From an uncultured Parcubacteria group bacterium (GTDB lineage: Bacteria; Patescibacteriota; Minisyncoccia; UBA6257; 2-01-FULL-56-20): a stretch of 64,000 nt of DNA. Positions 10,913 to 23,945 of the stretch are shown here, piece by piece. The stretch's first letter is position 1. Each line of letters opens with the position of its first letter. The DNA is taken from assembly GCA_903944135.1 (NCBI GenBank), contig CAJAQL010000016.1, forward strand, positions 1,903-65,902. Direction: 5' to 3'. The notes under the pieces are model-generated. The model was not told the DNA's origin. It ran no database searches and worked only from the letters and a program-made list of their open reading frames with translations. The position numbers and the translations under genes are program-made.

Positions 10913-10995
10913 AAGATGCTTATCAGAAAAAGATTACTCGATATTGCGATATTTTTCAATATGAGATCCCTCAATATCGGAGCTGAACTCCGACG

Positions 10996-13128
<2,133 letters not shown>

Positions 13129-13241
13129 TCATCCAGCGCCGCGTTGCGCCCATCCAAAATGCCACATCGGGACGAAGGAAGGACACGGAACCCCCTGCCT
13201 TTCTGGGTCCAAATTCTGGTTCGATAATACGGCACAACATC

Positions 13242-13661
13242 CTATGGCAACGTTCCGGTGGCATTTCCGAAAGTCGCAAGGAAAGCGCGACGCGTACCTC
13301 CCGATGAACCTATCGAGATCGCATAGGCGGACGTTGTTGCAACGCAAGAGGGCGTTTCCGCATTTGAAGCATCATAGCACGTTGCCGTAAGCGCCGCGCC
13401 ATCCGAAAGCGCTCCAGGAGGATCGCCCGGCAATGGAACATTCTGCTGTTTAATCTGGCTATAAAGAGCCCATTCCGTTCCCGCATCGGCCGCAAAGATC
13501 GCCTGCGCCGAATGTCCGAAATCCGTAGTCTGCCGTATCTGATACAGCATCAAAAGCCCCGCGATCGTCGTTGCCCCGAGCATCGTCGCGCCAAGCGTAA
13601 GTACGGCCAAAAGCATCGCCTGACCGCTCCGATCTGTATTTTTTCGAGAACCGATATTCAT
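13242..13661 (-). CDS. Pilin-like protein (PilX-type N-terminus)
   Basis: RSG|QAMLLAVL hydrophobic N-terminus; AIFAADAGTEWAL motif; Cys pair. Confidence 0.65.
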   Translation of the reverse strand: MNIGSRKNTDRSGQAMLLAVLTLGATMLGATTIAGLLMLYQIRQTTDFGHSAQAIFAADAGTEWALYSQIKQQNVPLPGDPPGALSDGAALTATCYDASNAETPSCVATTSAYAISIGSSGGTRRAFLATFGNATGTLP

Positions 13662-13677
13662 GATTGATCCAAAGAAA

Positions 13678-14436
13678 TTAATATTCTACCGGCACACTCT
13701 CAAATTTCTGCTTTGTTACGATCAGATGGTCCAAGACCCCGATGCCGATCATCTTCCCCGCCGCGACGATCTGCCGCGTGATCGCAATATCTGCATCGGA
13801 GGGCGTCGCAACGCCTGACGGATGATTATGAATAAGGATCACCGCGGAAGCCGAGTATTCAAGCGCCGGGCGAAAAACCTCCCGCGGATGGATGATATTC
13901 GACGTCAATGTTCCGAGTGAAATAACCTCGTCATGGATCACCTGATATCGGGCATCAAGATAAAGTCCGCGCAAACATTCTTTCGGAAGATTTCTCATAT
14001 CCTTTGCATATTCAAAAACCTGGCTTGCCGTCCTAAGCTCAACAAGTTTCTGTGTCGCCGGCGACTCAAAAAATCGCCTCCCCAGCTCGAAACATGCAAC
14101 GATTTGGCATGCCTTTGCGAGCGGGATACCGAATAAAGCTTCGATCTTTTTGGGATTTTTTTCATGAACAATATCCGCACCGCCATATTCCTTCATGAGT
14201 CGCTGAGACATAGCCAAGATACCCTCTTTCTTGGTGCCAACACCAAGCACAATGGCAAGGAGCTCGCCAACGGAAAGATGAGATGAACCATATTTCACCA
14301 ACTTCTCGCGCGGCTTATCTTCCTGCGGAAGATCTTTTATTCTCAACACATAATACTTTTCAGGATTATCGAGTACGAGATCTCCGTCCATTTGTGAATA
14401 AATCATAGAAATTTTCTCCTGAGGGATAGTGTACAT
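13678..14436 (-). CDS. radC: RadC family JAB-domain protein
   Basis: KPREKL, HPREVF, HNHPSG...PS..D, LDH; start at MYTIPQ, 7 nt after TATAAT. Confidence 0.93.
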   Translation of the reverse strand: MYTIPQEKISMIYSQMDGDLVLDNPEKYYVLRIKDLPQEDKPREKLVKYGSSHLSVGELLAIVLGVGTKKEGILAMSQRLMKEYGGADIVHEKNPKKIEALFGIPLAKACQIVACFELGRRFFESPATQKLVELRTASQVFEYAKDMRNLPKECLRGLYLDARYQVIHDEVISLGTLTSNIIHPREVFRPALEYSASAVILIHNHPSGVATPSDADIAITRQIVAAGKMIGIGVLDHLIVTKQKFESVPVEY

Positions 14437-14528
14437 TATATTTATTATAGCACGATTGCCCAAATTTCAGATCAAAGATTCAGGACGTAGAAATCAAGAA
14501 AATCATTCCTGAATCTTTTTAGGCGCGC

Positions 14529-16646
14529 TCACGGTTCACCGGTAGAAAGCGGCAAACGGACGGTAAAACAACTTCCTTTACCGCGCTGGCTTTCCACGGC
14601 AATCGTCCCGCGGTACCCTTCGACGATCTGGCGGCATAGATACAATCCGATGCCCGTTCCCGTAAAATCACTCTCGCCGATCCGATAAAAACGCTCAAAA
14701 ATGTGAGGTAGGTTTTCCCGCGAGATGCCCGAACCAGTATCGCAAACGGTAATTTCTGCTTCGCCTTCAACCATGCACGCCGCAAGCACGATCGATCCGC
14801 CAGCAGGCGTATGTCGCAATGCGTTGCTCAAAAGATTTAAGACCACCTCCATCAATTTATCACGCTCTCCCGACACTAACATTGACTCGCTTGAAACATG
14901 GAGATGGATGCCTTTGTCCTCGGCGAGAAGCGCACAATCATCTCGCGCATCAAAAAGCAGATCTTTCACGGCGACATATTGATGACATTGCCCCTCATGC
15001 AATGAGCTCGTCCTCGCAACATCCAAAATATTTCCGACCAAACGGGAAAGCCTATCAAGCGTCGTGTCCATGACATACCACGCCTTTTTCTGCTCAGCAT
15101 CCCTGCTGGCCGCAAACACACTGGCATGCATCTTAAGAATAGCAAGCGGTGTCTTGAACTCATGGGAGACATCGGCCAGGAATTTTGATTGCGATTCGTA
15201 CATATTTTTCAGCCGCTTGATCCGATCCGTAACGCGCTCCTCGAACTTTTCGGTCTGTTGATCCATCAACTCGCGCAGCTCGAAATTCTCAATGGCAATC
15301 CCGGCTCGACGGGTCACAATACCGAGCAGTTCGACATCATCCTTGCTCAGCAGTGCCCCAGAGCATTTATGCCCAACCATCATAATCATCTTTATGTTCC
15401 CCCGGGCGGAGATTGGAACGATAGCAGCAACGCCAAGTCGGGCGGCACATTTCTTGATCTCTTCATAGGCACCCTTCTCATCAGAAACGCCATGATTCAC
15501 ACGAAAGAGACGCATGGCATCCGAAACGACGATATCCCGCGGTGACCGATCAAGGAAAAGTGCGGCGAGAGCGCCATAATCAGCGACGGCGACGGCTGGT
15601 CTTGCGAGTCCCGAAATAAATGTCGTTTCTTTTGAATTTTCCGTCACGGCAAAGAACACCGTTTCGGTCGGCCGGATACTCGCATGAAGAAATCCGGCAA
15701 TTGCAGCAAGGAGCGTTTTTCGATCAAAAGACGTATTCAATCGTTCGCCAAATTCTCTGGTAGCATCGAGAAAACGGCAGGAATTTCTGAAAAATATTTT
15801 ATCGGTGACTTTATTGAAAAAATCGCGCAATGGGCAAAAAGCGATTGCACCGACGACCGAAGCGGCAATATCGACCACTTCATCGTTCTGATAGAAAAAT
15901 TTTTCAATGCCAAATTCTATACTGAAAAAAATGACCGCAACCATGACGAGAGACAGAAAATATGGAATTCCTCTTCGCAGGACAAGACCACCATTCCCGA
16001 CATCGTAGTACGCGATGCCATAACCACCGATCACAAGGACGACGAGGGCGACAAAATTGCTGACAGTTGAAAAACGATAGATACCGAAATCGGGCAGTAT
16101 CAAGTCGGAAACGCATATCACCGAGGCACTGAACGATACTACAAAGATCAAACTTCGCACAACATGAAATGGCAACCCAAATCTATTTTCATGATAACGC
16201 GCACATGAAAGAAAACTAATAATGAGATAGAGGGCGACAAAAATAGCAAGAATTGGAAAAATGTCATGATAGTGCCGCCAAAAAAATGAATCCGGGTTTG
16301 TCCAAAACGACGACGCAACGAGCAATACCGGTATCGAGATAAAAAGGATAAACCACGATACAAGCGGCAGGACGGACCATGATTGGAGTTTCCCGTCAGG
16401 AGAAACGCCCGCTAAAGAAAAAATCCCCAGTATCATCAGATCGAATCCCCACCAAACAAAAAGAAACACCAAGAAATTTTTATCTTCCTGAAAAAATAGT
16501 TTTGCCGACGCCGAGAGCGCGACGCCCGCAGTAAAAATAAAAAACGATTGATACGCAACGTTCCTTGGCTCATGGCGGAGTGTAAAAGCCCCAAAAATGA
16601 GAGCCGTAAGCGCGATAACAGTATTTACCACCATAAAAACCGGCAT
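14529..16646 (-). CDS. Membrane sensor histidine kinase (multi-TM, GAF-like, HisKA, HATPase)
   Basis: VSHEFKTPL H-box, NLLSNA, DTGSGI, FERFY, GTGIGL. Confidence 0.93.
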   Translation of the reverse strand: MPVFMVVNTVIALTALIFGAFTLRHEPRNVAYQSFFIFTAGVALSASAKLFFQEDKNFLVFLFVWWGFDLMILGIFSLAGVSPDGKLQSWSVLPLVSWFILFISIPVLLVASSFWTNPDSFFWRHYHDIFPILAIFVALYLIISFLSCARYHENRFGLPFHVVRSLIFVVSFSASVICVSDLILPDFGIYRFSTVSNFVALVVLVIGGYGIAYYDVGNGGLVLRRGIPYFLSLVMVAVIFFSIEFGIEKFFYQNDEVVDIAASVVGAIAFCPLRDFFNKVTDKIFFRNSCRFLDATREFGERLNTSFDRKTLLAAIAGFLHASIRPTETVFFAVTENSKETTFISGLARPAVAVADYGALAALFLDRSPRDIVVSDAMRLFRVNHGVSDEKGAYEEIKKCAARLGVAAIVPISARGNIKMIMMVGHKCSGALLSKDDVELLGIVTRRAGIAIENFELRELMDQQTEKFEERVTDRIKRLKNMYESQSKFLADVSHEFKTPLAILKMHASVFAASRDAEQKKAWYVMDTTLDRLSRLVGNILDVARTSSLHEGQCHQYVAVKDLLFDARDDCALLAEDKGIHLHVSSESMLVSGERDKLMEVVLNLLSNALRHTPAGGSIVLAACMVEGEAEITVCDTGSGISRENLPHIFERFYRIGESDFTGTGIGLYLCRQIVEGYRGTIAVESQRGKGSCFTVRLPLSTGEP

Positions 16647-16658
16647 GTGATTTTATTG

Positions 16659-17327
16659 TCAGACCTCTATTTTATAGCCGTAACCATGCACCGTTTTGAT
16701 AAGCTTGATATTATGGCCCTCATCGATCTTTTGACGCAGAAAGCGAATATGAACATCAACCGTATTGGTAAATGGATCAGCATTCATGTCCCACACATGC
16801 TCAAGGATCATGCCGCGCGTTAAGGTTGTTCCAGCATGTCGCATCATATACTCGAGCAGCGAAAACTCCTTCCGGTTCAAACGAATGTTCTTCTTTCCGC
16901 GCTGGACCGTATGACTCGCAACATCAAGAACAAGATCAGCTATGCGCAGAATCGGATTGATCGTCCGGTGTTCGCGTCGCAAAAGTGCCCGCATGCGCGC
17001 GAGAAGTTCCGCCATGAAGAACGGCTTCGAGAGATAGTCATCGGCGCCGGCATTCAATGCGCCGACTTTCGTGATGGCATCACTCGTGACGGACAGCATA
17101 ATAATGGGAAATTCCTTCTTCCGTTCACGAAGCGCGCGGCAAACATCGATACCGCTCATACCCGGAAGCTTCACGTCAAAAACACCGACATCATAATCGT
17201 TCACTTTGGCCCATCCAAGTCCTTCCTCTCCAGTGCTCGTCCAATCCACGGCAAACCGTTCGGCGCGCAAACCGCGTATGATAAATTCCGCAATCTCCCG
17301 CTCGTCTTCAATGAGAAGAATACGCAT
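16659..17327 (-). CDS. OmpR-family response regulator
   Basis: MRILLIEDE, DVKLPG, GADDYLSKPF, TVHGYGY. Confidence 0.94.
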   Translation of the reverse strand: MRILLIEDEREIAEFIIRGLRAERFAVDWTSTGEEGLGWAKVNDYDVGVFDVKLPGMSGIDVCRALRERKKEFPIIMLSVTSDAITKVGALNAGADDYLSKPFFMAELLARMRALLRREHRTINPILRIADLVLDVASHTVQRGKKNIRLNRKEFSLLEYMMRHAGTTLTRGMILEHVWDMNADPFTNTVDVHIRFLRQKIDEGHNIKLIKTVHGYGYKIEV

Positions 17328-17476
17328 ACCATTAAGTATGCACACCGAAGATTAAAAAAATCTAAAATTTTTTCGGCCTAAAATGCTTGATTTTACTGGA
17401 TTTTTGAAAAAGAGATACGAAGTACGAATAAATTATTCGTATCTCATACTTCGTGTCTCATATCTCAAATTTTAAG

Positions 17477-18385
17477 CTAATTCTTCAAATACCTTCTGAC
17501 TGCAACGAAGCTCGAAGCAGCGCCGAGGACAATGCCAAAGAATAAAATATAGAAGAAAAGCGCAACGATATGGGACAGGAAATACTGGAACAGATCCATG
17601 CCCGGGATAAAGATGTTCAGATAGGGATTTATGGCAAAAAGAATGGGCGCGGAAATAATGAGTGAAAGCAATGCCGCGATCGCGCCGCAGAGAGTTCCCT
17701 CGACGACGAAGGGACCGCGGACCAGCGCGTTGGAAGCACCCACGACGCGCATCACGCCGATCTCTTCACGGCTGGAATATATCGCGAGCCGGATGGTGTT
17801 GAAAACGACCAATCCCGCGAGAAGCGCGAACACGATCATAACGATGACGCCGCCGACCTCGACGGTCTTCACGATCTTCGCCAACCGATCGATCACGCTC
17901 TGGTTTTGGGTGTAGCTCACAGAATCAACATACTGCGAAAGGTCGCTTGAGTTCAGGTAATCGGCGATTGCGCCGTACTGGCTCGGGTTTTTCGCCTTGA
18001 TATTGAGCGACGCCTCGAGCGGATTCGTATCGAGCTCGTTCACCGCCTGCGTGATCGTCGTATCGCCGGCATGGTTCTGCTTGAAGATCGCGAGCGCCTG
18101 ATCGCGGGAGATATAATCCACGCTCTGCACCTGCGACAGGCCTTCAAGCGATTGCTGAATGCTCAATATCTCATCTTCCGACGTGTTGGTATTGAAATAA
18201 ACGCTGATATCGATCTTATCCTCGATGGACGCGGCGGCACGGCTCGTCACGACCCCGAAGAAAATGAGCCACGAAAAAACGAGGAGCGCGAGCGTCATGA
18301 TCATGACCGTGACCGTCGTGAGCCAGCCGTTCCGCCAGAAATTCTTGAAACCGAAATGGAAAATGCGCGAGATGATGGTGAACAT
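17477..18385 (-). CDS. ftsX: Cell division permease FtsX
   Basis: NTIRLAIYSSREEIGVMRVVGA, PFVVEG; follows ftsE. Confidence 0.93.
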   Translation of the reverse strand: MFTIISRIFHFGFKNFWRNGWLTTVTVMIMTLALLVFSWLIFFGVVTSRAAASIEDKIDISVYFNTNTSEDEILSIQQSLEGLSQVQSVDYISRDQALAIFKQNHAGDTTITQAVNELDTNPLEASLNIKAKNPSQYGAIADYLNSSDLSQYVDSVSYTQNQSVIDRLAKIVKTVEVGGVIVMIVFALLAGLVVFNTIRLAIYSSREEIGVMRVVGASNALVRGPFVVEGTLCGAIAALLSLIISAPILFAINPYLNIFIPGMDLFQYFLSHIVALFFYILFFGIVLGAASSFVAVRRYLKN

Positions 18386-18388
18386 GGT

Positions 18389-19075
18389 TTATACAAGTAT
18401 ATATTTTCCTTTTTTCTCATCACGGACGATCCTGCCGCGATCAAGCGTTATCACGCGGCGCTCCAGGCTATTGATAACCTCTTTATCGTGCGTCGCCAAG
18501 AGTACCGTCGTGCCGAGCTCGTTGATCTTTTCAAGTAGCTTCACGATCTCGAACGTATGGAACGGATCGAGATTGCCGGTCGGCTCATCGGCGATCACGA
18601 CCTCCGGACGATGGATCATCGCGCGCGCGATCGCCACGCGCTGGCGCTCGCCGCCGGAAAGCTCGTTCGGAAAATTCTTCATTTTGTCGGCGAGTCCGAC
18701 CATGTCGAGCACCTGCGGCACAAGTTCCTCGATTTCGCGCTGGGGGCGACCCGCCACCTCAAGAGCGAACGCCACGTTTTCATAGGCGCTTTTCGTCGGC
18801 AAGAGCCGGAAATCCTGAAAAACGACGCCGATATGCCGACGGAATGCCGGAAGTTCCTTGTCGTGCAATTTGTTCACTTCATACTGGCCGAAAAAAACAC
18901 GTCCCTTGGTGGGTTTGTCCTCGCCGATCAAGAGCTTGATAATGGTGGACTTCCCTGCGCCGGATCTCCCTGCAAGCGAAACGAATTCGCCGGGGTCAAC
19001 TTCAAACGTCACATCCTCAAGTGCCGTCTGGTCGCCGCTATTGAATTTTTTAGAGACTCCTTGAAAAACGATCAT
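18389..19075 (-). CDS. ftsE: Cell division ATPase FtsE
   Basis: GRSGAGKS, VFQDFRLL, LSGGE, ADEPTGNLD. Confidence 0.94.
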   Translation of the reverse strand: MIVFQGVSKKFNSGDQTALEDVTFEVDPGEFVSLAGRSGAGKSTIIKLLIGEDKPTKGRVFFGQYEVNKLHDKELPAFRRHIGVVFQDFRLLPTKSAYENVAFALEVAGRPQREIEELVPQVLDMVGLADKMKNFPNELSGGERQRVAIARAMIHRPEVVIADEPTGNLDPFHTFEIVKLLEKINELGTTVLLATHDKEVINSLERRVITLDRGRIVRDEKKGKYILV

Positions 19076-19261
19076 GGATAATAAGTCTATACGAAAGGCA
19101 AATAAAAAAGAAAGTCCGCTTTCTTGTTTTTAGGATACCTCATCGAGATATTTTCAACAAGGTGGCGGATGGATCGCGAATATAGTTGGAAAAAAACGGA
19201 TTTCTCGCTAGAATAGGAACATCGCACGCAATGGTAAAGCAATTTGCTTCTTTGTTATTAT

Positions 19262-19335
<74 letters not shown>

Positions 19336-19493
19336 CTTTGTAAGGGACACCGAGTGAACCGCGGGTTCGCTTCCGCGAGCGTCCACGCCGCGAAGCCCCT
19401 CTTTTACTTTTTAAAAAATAGGCCTAAACTGCAGGTAGTTTTTGAATTTAAAAACTGAACCGGCACCTCACCAACATCTGAAAGGGGCCTCCC

Positions 19494-20912
19494 ATGGCAA
19501 AGGCATTCATTATCGACGAAACGCCGTCTGCCAGCGATTCGAAGATGCTACTTCACTTCGCTGATAACGTAGTCGTCATCCTCCCGCATATCATCGATAG
19601 GCTGGAGGCGAAACCATACGGGCGCGAAACGCTCGATATCCTCGCCGAGCTGGGCACCAAAGGCAATCTGAAAAAAGGGGTTGCCACGCCCGATGGAGGC
19701 GTCATCATCGTGGATGACCACGCTTACACGCCCCCGAACTCATCTCTTCGGCCGACCACGAGCGACTACATGATCGTATGCACCGCGGCAAGATGGCAAA
19801 ATCTCATCCGGCAAAAGCAGTCCAAGAAGCAGAAGGCTCCAGGAAAATTGGAACCCGATGCCGCCGAAACCATCATCAAGCGATTCTCCGTTACGGAAGT
19901 TCGTGTCGTTTCGAAGAGATCCAGCCTTCGGGCAAAAGCTTCCGTGCACGGCATCCTCGCAGATGACTACCGCCACAACAAAGTGGTACGGAGCGCCAGC
20001 GAGATCTACTCCGGCGTGATCACCATCCCGGTGAGCCAAGGGAGCTTCCAGGAATTCGCCCGCCTGCTCTGTCAGAGCGGTCCCGCAGGGATTTCCAGGG
20101 ATTCTCTTGATGGGCTCATCGCCACGCCGAGCCTTTTCCCGAACGAGTGCTGCATTTTCGCGTGCGGGGAAAAAACGGTTCTTGCGATCCACAAGGTTAA
20201 CGCCGATGGAACATCGCGTTTCGTCAACGTCCAGAAACCACAACCGCCGCAACCCGGCTGCGGAATTCAACCCCGCAATATCGAACAGGCATTCGAACTG
20301 GCCTTGTTGCGTGATCCCTCCATCACGTGCGTCACACTTTCGGGAGCGGCAGGAACCGGAAAAACGCTTCTCCCGTGCTATGTCGGCCTTGAACTATGTG
20401 CGACAGATCAATACTCTCAACTCTTGGTCTACCGCCCGAACGTGGAACTTGGCCGGACGCTCGGATTTCTCCCGGGGACTCTGGAAGAAAAGGTGGACCC
20501 GTTGACGCAACCCATCAAGGATGCATTGAAGGCGATCCAGAAGAGCTCCGCATCGGGAGACAAGAAGAAGCCGAAATACGATGTCTCTGCCCTACTCAAA
20601 TCCGGCAAGATCAGCATCGAAACCATCAATTACCTTCAGGGACGCACCCTGCAGGATGAATACGTTCTGGTGGATGAGGCCGAGAACCTCACCCCGGAAG
20701 AAGCCAAGGCGGCCATTACGCGCGCCGGAGAAGGAGCGAAGTTCATCCTTGCCGGTGACGTCACGCAAGTGGCAACCGATTCATTGGACGCAGGCAACAA
20801 TGGCCTGACCCATGTTATCGAGGGCATGTGCGGTGACGAAGCGTTCGGACACATCACGCTTAACGAGTCCGTGCGTTCGCATCTTGCGAAAGTCGCGGGA
20901 GAACGGCTCTAA
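19494..20912 (+). CDS. PIN-PhoH family ATPase (PhoH2/YlaK-like)
   Basis: PRNIEQ, GAAGTGKT, LGFLPGTLEEK, QGRTL, DEAENL, GDVTQ; SD-like GAAAGGGG upstream. Confidence 0.9.
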   Translation: MAKAFIIDETPSASDSKMLLHFADNVVVILPHIIDRLEAKPYGRETLDILAELGTKGNLKKGVATPDGGVIIVDDHAYTPPNSSLRPTTSDYMIVCTAARWQNLIRQKQSKKQKAPGKLEPDAAETIIKRFSVTEVRVVSKRSSLRAKASVHGILADDYRHNKVVRSASEIYSGVITIPVSQGSFQEFARLLCQSGPAGISRDSLDGLIATPSLFPNECCIFACGEKTVLAIHKVNADGTSRFVNVQKPQPPQPGCGIQPRNIEQAFELALLRDPSITCVTLSGAAGTGKTLLPCYVGLELCATDQYSQLLVYRPNVELGRTLGFLPGTLEEKVDPLTQPIKDALKAIQKSSASGDKKKPKYDVSALLKSGKISIETINYLQGRTLQDEYVLVDEAENLTPEEAKAAITRAGEGAKFILAGDVTQVATDSLDAGNNGLTHVIEGMCGDEAFGHITLNESVRSHLAKVAGERL

Positions 20913-20945
20913 CGATCCAGCCAGCTCCATCAGTTTTAATTTTTC

Positions 20946-20979
20946 AAAAGGGCCCCACGCCATGTGGGGCCCGTTTTTT
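20946..20979. terminator. Intrinsic terminator
   Basis: GGGCCCCAC-GCCAT-GTGGGGCCC followed by a T-run. Confidence 0.8.
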
Positions 20980-21105
20980 ATAAAACAACTTCTTTCATGA
21001 TCGAGATCCCTGCGTGATCTTATCCGACAAAAAATGATCAAAAAATATTCATATCCCTCGTCCCTCAAAAATTCTCGGGGTAGATTTCGCCTGGAATAAA
21101 AAACC

Positions 21106-22173
21106 TCATATCATTCTCGAAACGAAGAAGATGGCAAGGCCTAATGCGACGAATACCGCAGAAATGATCCAGAAGCGCATCGTGATCTGGGATTCCGGCC
21201 AGCCAAGAGCTTCAAAATGATGATGGATCGGCGAAGAACGGAATACTTTCTTCCCATGACGCAGTTTTTTCGAAGTGATCTGGATGATGACCGACATTGA
21301 TTCGATGACCAGGATGACCGCGAAGAACGGCAAGAGAAGCGCCGTATTGGTAAGCATTGCCACGACGCCGATCGTGATACCGAGGGACATCGATCCCGTA
21401 TCCCCCATAAAGAACTTCGCCGGATAGATATTGTTCCAAAGAAACGCCAGGAGCGCCCCGATCATCGCACCGCAGAATGCGGCGAGATCGTATCGATGAA
21501 GCGAAAAGGAAACGGCCGTGAGCGCAAAAAATGCGAAGAGCGAAACGCCGCCCAACAATCCGTCGAGACCGTCGGTCTCGTTCGCGGAGAACGCCGAGGC
21601 AAAAACAATAAAAATGAATATGGGGATATACCAGATGCCGATCTGGACATTGCCGAAGAACGGAACATTCAGGACATCCCAGCCAAGACGAACATAGAAC
21701 CACCATGCTCCAACCAATGCGAGACCGACATACACCACCGATTTCCACCGTACCGTGAGACCGCCACCCGATGCGCCGCCGATATGGAGTACGCCAAGCC
21801 AATCATCGATAAAACCGAGGACCGCGGCGATCACGAGCGCCGTAAGCGGCAGATACGTTTCCGGACGGCTAATGAAGTTGAAGTAATGCCACATGCCGTC
21901 AAAAAAGATCCCCATGACGCCGAAGAACACGGCAAGGATCACGACTGTTCCCCAGATAATGACGCCAGCCGCCGTCGGGACGCCTTCCTTGTTCTTATGA
22001 AACTGATAAAAAATCGGCGCAACCGATGCCTCCCGCAGATGTTTCCCGAACCGATATTTTTTCAAAACCCGGAACCAGAGCGGCGCCAGGATCAACGCAA
22101 CAATGAACGAGATCATGGTAAGAACCATGACCCTGACGGCCTCCGAAATAATAGGATTCGTAAAATAGGTCAT
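21106..22173 (-). CDS. mraY: Phospho-N-acetylmuramoyl-pentapeptide transferase
   Basis: DD, NETDGLDGL, FMGDTGS, PIHHHFE; ATGA overlap with the upstream gene. Confidence 0.95.
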   Translation of the reverse strand: MTYFTNPIISEAVRVMVLTMISFIVALILAPLWFRVLKKYRFGKHLREASVAPIFYQFHKNKEGVPTAAGVIIWGTVVILAVFFGVMGIFFDGMWHYFNFISRPETYLPLTALVIAAVLGFIDDWLGVLHIGGASGGGLTVRWKSVVYVGLALVGAWWFYVRLGWDVLNVPFFGNVQIGIWYIPIFIFIVFASAFSANETDGLDGLLGGVSLFAFFALTAVSFSLHRYDLAAFCGAMIGALLAFLWNNIYPAKFFMGDTGSMSLGITIGVVAMLTNTALLLPFFAVILVIESMSVIIQITSKKLRHGKKVFRSSPIHHHFEALGWPESQITMRFWIISAVFVALGLAIFFVSRMI

Positions 22174-23258
22174 GACCGGAAATTTTTCGTGAACCAATCA
22201 TAGAGCGCCTCGGTATTCGTGAACCGTGCATTATCATCCGTACCGAGCACTACGACGACAACGGGATGACCGTTGTCGGAAAAAAGCGAAAGCAGATTCC
22301 CGTCCGCCTGATCGGTGTACCCCGTTTTCCCGCCGATGAAATCGGCCTCACCCGAAAATTCATTGATGTTCTTCACGACGACCTGTTTTCCTGAACTTAT
22401 CTCAGTAGCAGTAACCTGCGGCGTCCGAGTGATCTGGAGTATTTCCGGATAGCCGGTATATACCTTCTGCGCCAAGAGCACGAGATCGGCAGCGGTCGAT
22501 TGGCTCCCAACCGCAAGACCGGATGGATCTGCGTAGCTCGTATCATTCATCCCCCATGCCGCCGCGCGCCGGTTCATTTCCGTTATAAACTGATCCCTGC
22601 CATAAGCCCCCGCCAATGCCTCCGCAGCGACGTTCGATGACGGCAAAAGGAGAAAATGCAGAAGATCGAGAACGGTATACGTATCTCCGACACGAAGCGT
22701 TTTTTCGGAAGTATCGGCATCAAAGGCATCCTGGGTGATCGTTATCTTCTGCGCCAGGCTTAATTTATCAAGCACAATGGTTGCGGTCATAAGTTTGGTG
22801 ACCGAAGCAAGCGGCCAACGCTCCGTAGCGTTCTCGGACATAAAACGCGTCCCGGTCGTAAGATCGGCAACAAGACCCGCTTCCACGGCCAGATCCGGCG
22901 GTGCGGTGCCGCCGACACGTGAGAATGCAGAATCAGCGACGGGACCGGTCGGAACAACGGAGATGGCGCCGCCGTTCGCAACGGCAGACGACCCCGCGAA
23001 CGATCCTCCCGAAACCGCACCGACGTTCACATTGCCGGAATTTCCGGACAATTCGGATGATGAGGCGGATACATTGGAGACATCCTCAAGAGAAAGCGCC
23101 GGAAGCACGAATTGCGGAACCGTCGCAGATGACGGCGTATCGCTCGCGGAACTCCCCGTTGCTACGGCATAGAGATGCGGATATGCCGCGCGCGAAATGA
23201 GCGCGAGGATCACCACCGCGCCCACAAAGGCTATTTTCCCAAAATAGTTTTTCGCCAT
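22170..23258 (-). CDS. D-alanyl-D-alanine carboxypeptidase (peptidase S11)
   Basis: SVTK, SSN and KTG catalytic motifs; N-terminal TM and Ser/Gly-rich linker. Confidence 0.9.
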   Translation of the reverse strand: MAKNYFGKIAFVGAVVILALISRAAYPHLYAVATGSSASDTPSSATVPQFVLPALSLEDVSNVSASSSELSGNSGNVNVGAVSGGSFAGSSAVANGGAISVVPTGPVADSAFSRVGGTAPPDLAVEAGLVADLTTGTRFMSENATERWPLASVTKLMTATIVLDKLSLAQKITITQDAFDADTSEKTLRVGDTYTVLDLLHFLLLPSSNVAAEALAGAYGRDQFITEMNRRAAAWGMNDTSYADPSGLAVGSQSTAADLVLLAQKVYTGYPEILQITRTPQVTATEISSGKQVVVKNINEFSGEADFIGGKTGYTDQADGNLLSLFSDNGHPVVVVVLGTDDNARFTNTEALYDWFTKNFRS

Positions 23259-23300
23259 GCTCTTGTTTTCTCCCGCGCGACCGAGTATCTATCCGCAAGA

Positions 23301-23927
23301 CTAAGGCTCCGGCGAAATGGTTCCGCCATCCGAACTTTCCGGCTCGGACGTCGGCGAGACAGGCGAAATGACCTGCTCCCTTTCCGCAGTAGCATCGAAC
23401 ACTTTCAACAGTTCCTGAAACTTCGAAAAGTCCGCAAGATCTTCTTTTTGTTGTATACCCAAATGCTTCATGGCGTCAAAGGTCAAACGATATAAAAATC
23501 CTGAAGCATGTTCCGGATCCTGAAACCGCTCGACGAGGCCGCGGATCATGAGGCTTCGAAGGATCACGGACGAATTCACGCCACGCAGATATTCGAGGCG
23601 GGGGCGGGAAATGGGGCCGAGATACGCGACGATCGAAAGCGTTTCAAGGCTCGCCGGAGAAAGATCTTCCGTGAGCTCTTCCTTCACGAAGCTTTCAAGA
23701 ATGGTGTTCCATTCCGGCTTCGTCGCAAGCTGGACTTTTTCACGATCGGAAATAAGCTGGAGACCCCGCACGGGATCTTCAAGGCGATTTTTTAATTCTT
23801 CCACGAGTTTTTCGGCTTCCTCTTTTTCGACCGCGAGAACCGACGCTATTTTTTTGTAGGTCACCGGCTCGCCGTGAATGAAAAGCAATGCTTCAAGTGC
23901 TGCGAGTTTTTTTTCAAGATCAGACAT
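23301..23927 (-). CDS. scpB: Segregation/condensation protein B
   Basis: LEALLF, LSPASLETLSIVAY, RGVNS. Confidence 0.94.
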   Translation of the reverse strand: MSDLEKKLAALEALLFIHGEPVTYKKIASVLAVEKEEAEKLVEELKNRLEDPVRGLQLISDREKVQLATKPEWNTILESFVKEELTEDLSPASLETLSIVAYLGPISRPRLEYLRGVNSSVILRSLMIRGLVERFQDPEHASGFLYRLTFDAMKHLGIQQKEDLADFSKFQELLKVFDATAEREQVISPVSPTSEPESSDGGTISPEP

Positions 23928-23945
23928 GGATTTTAATAAATATTA

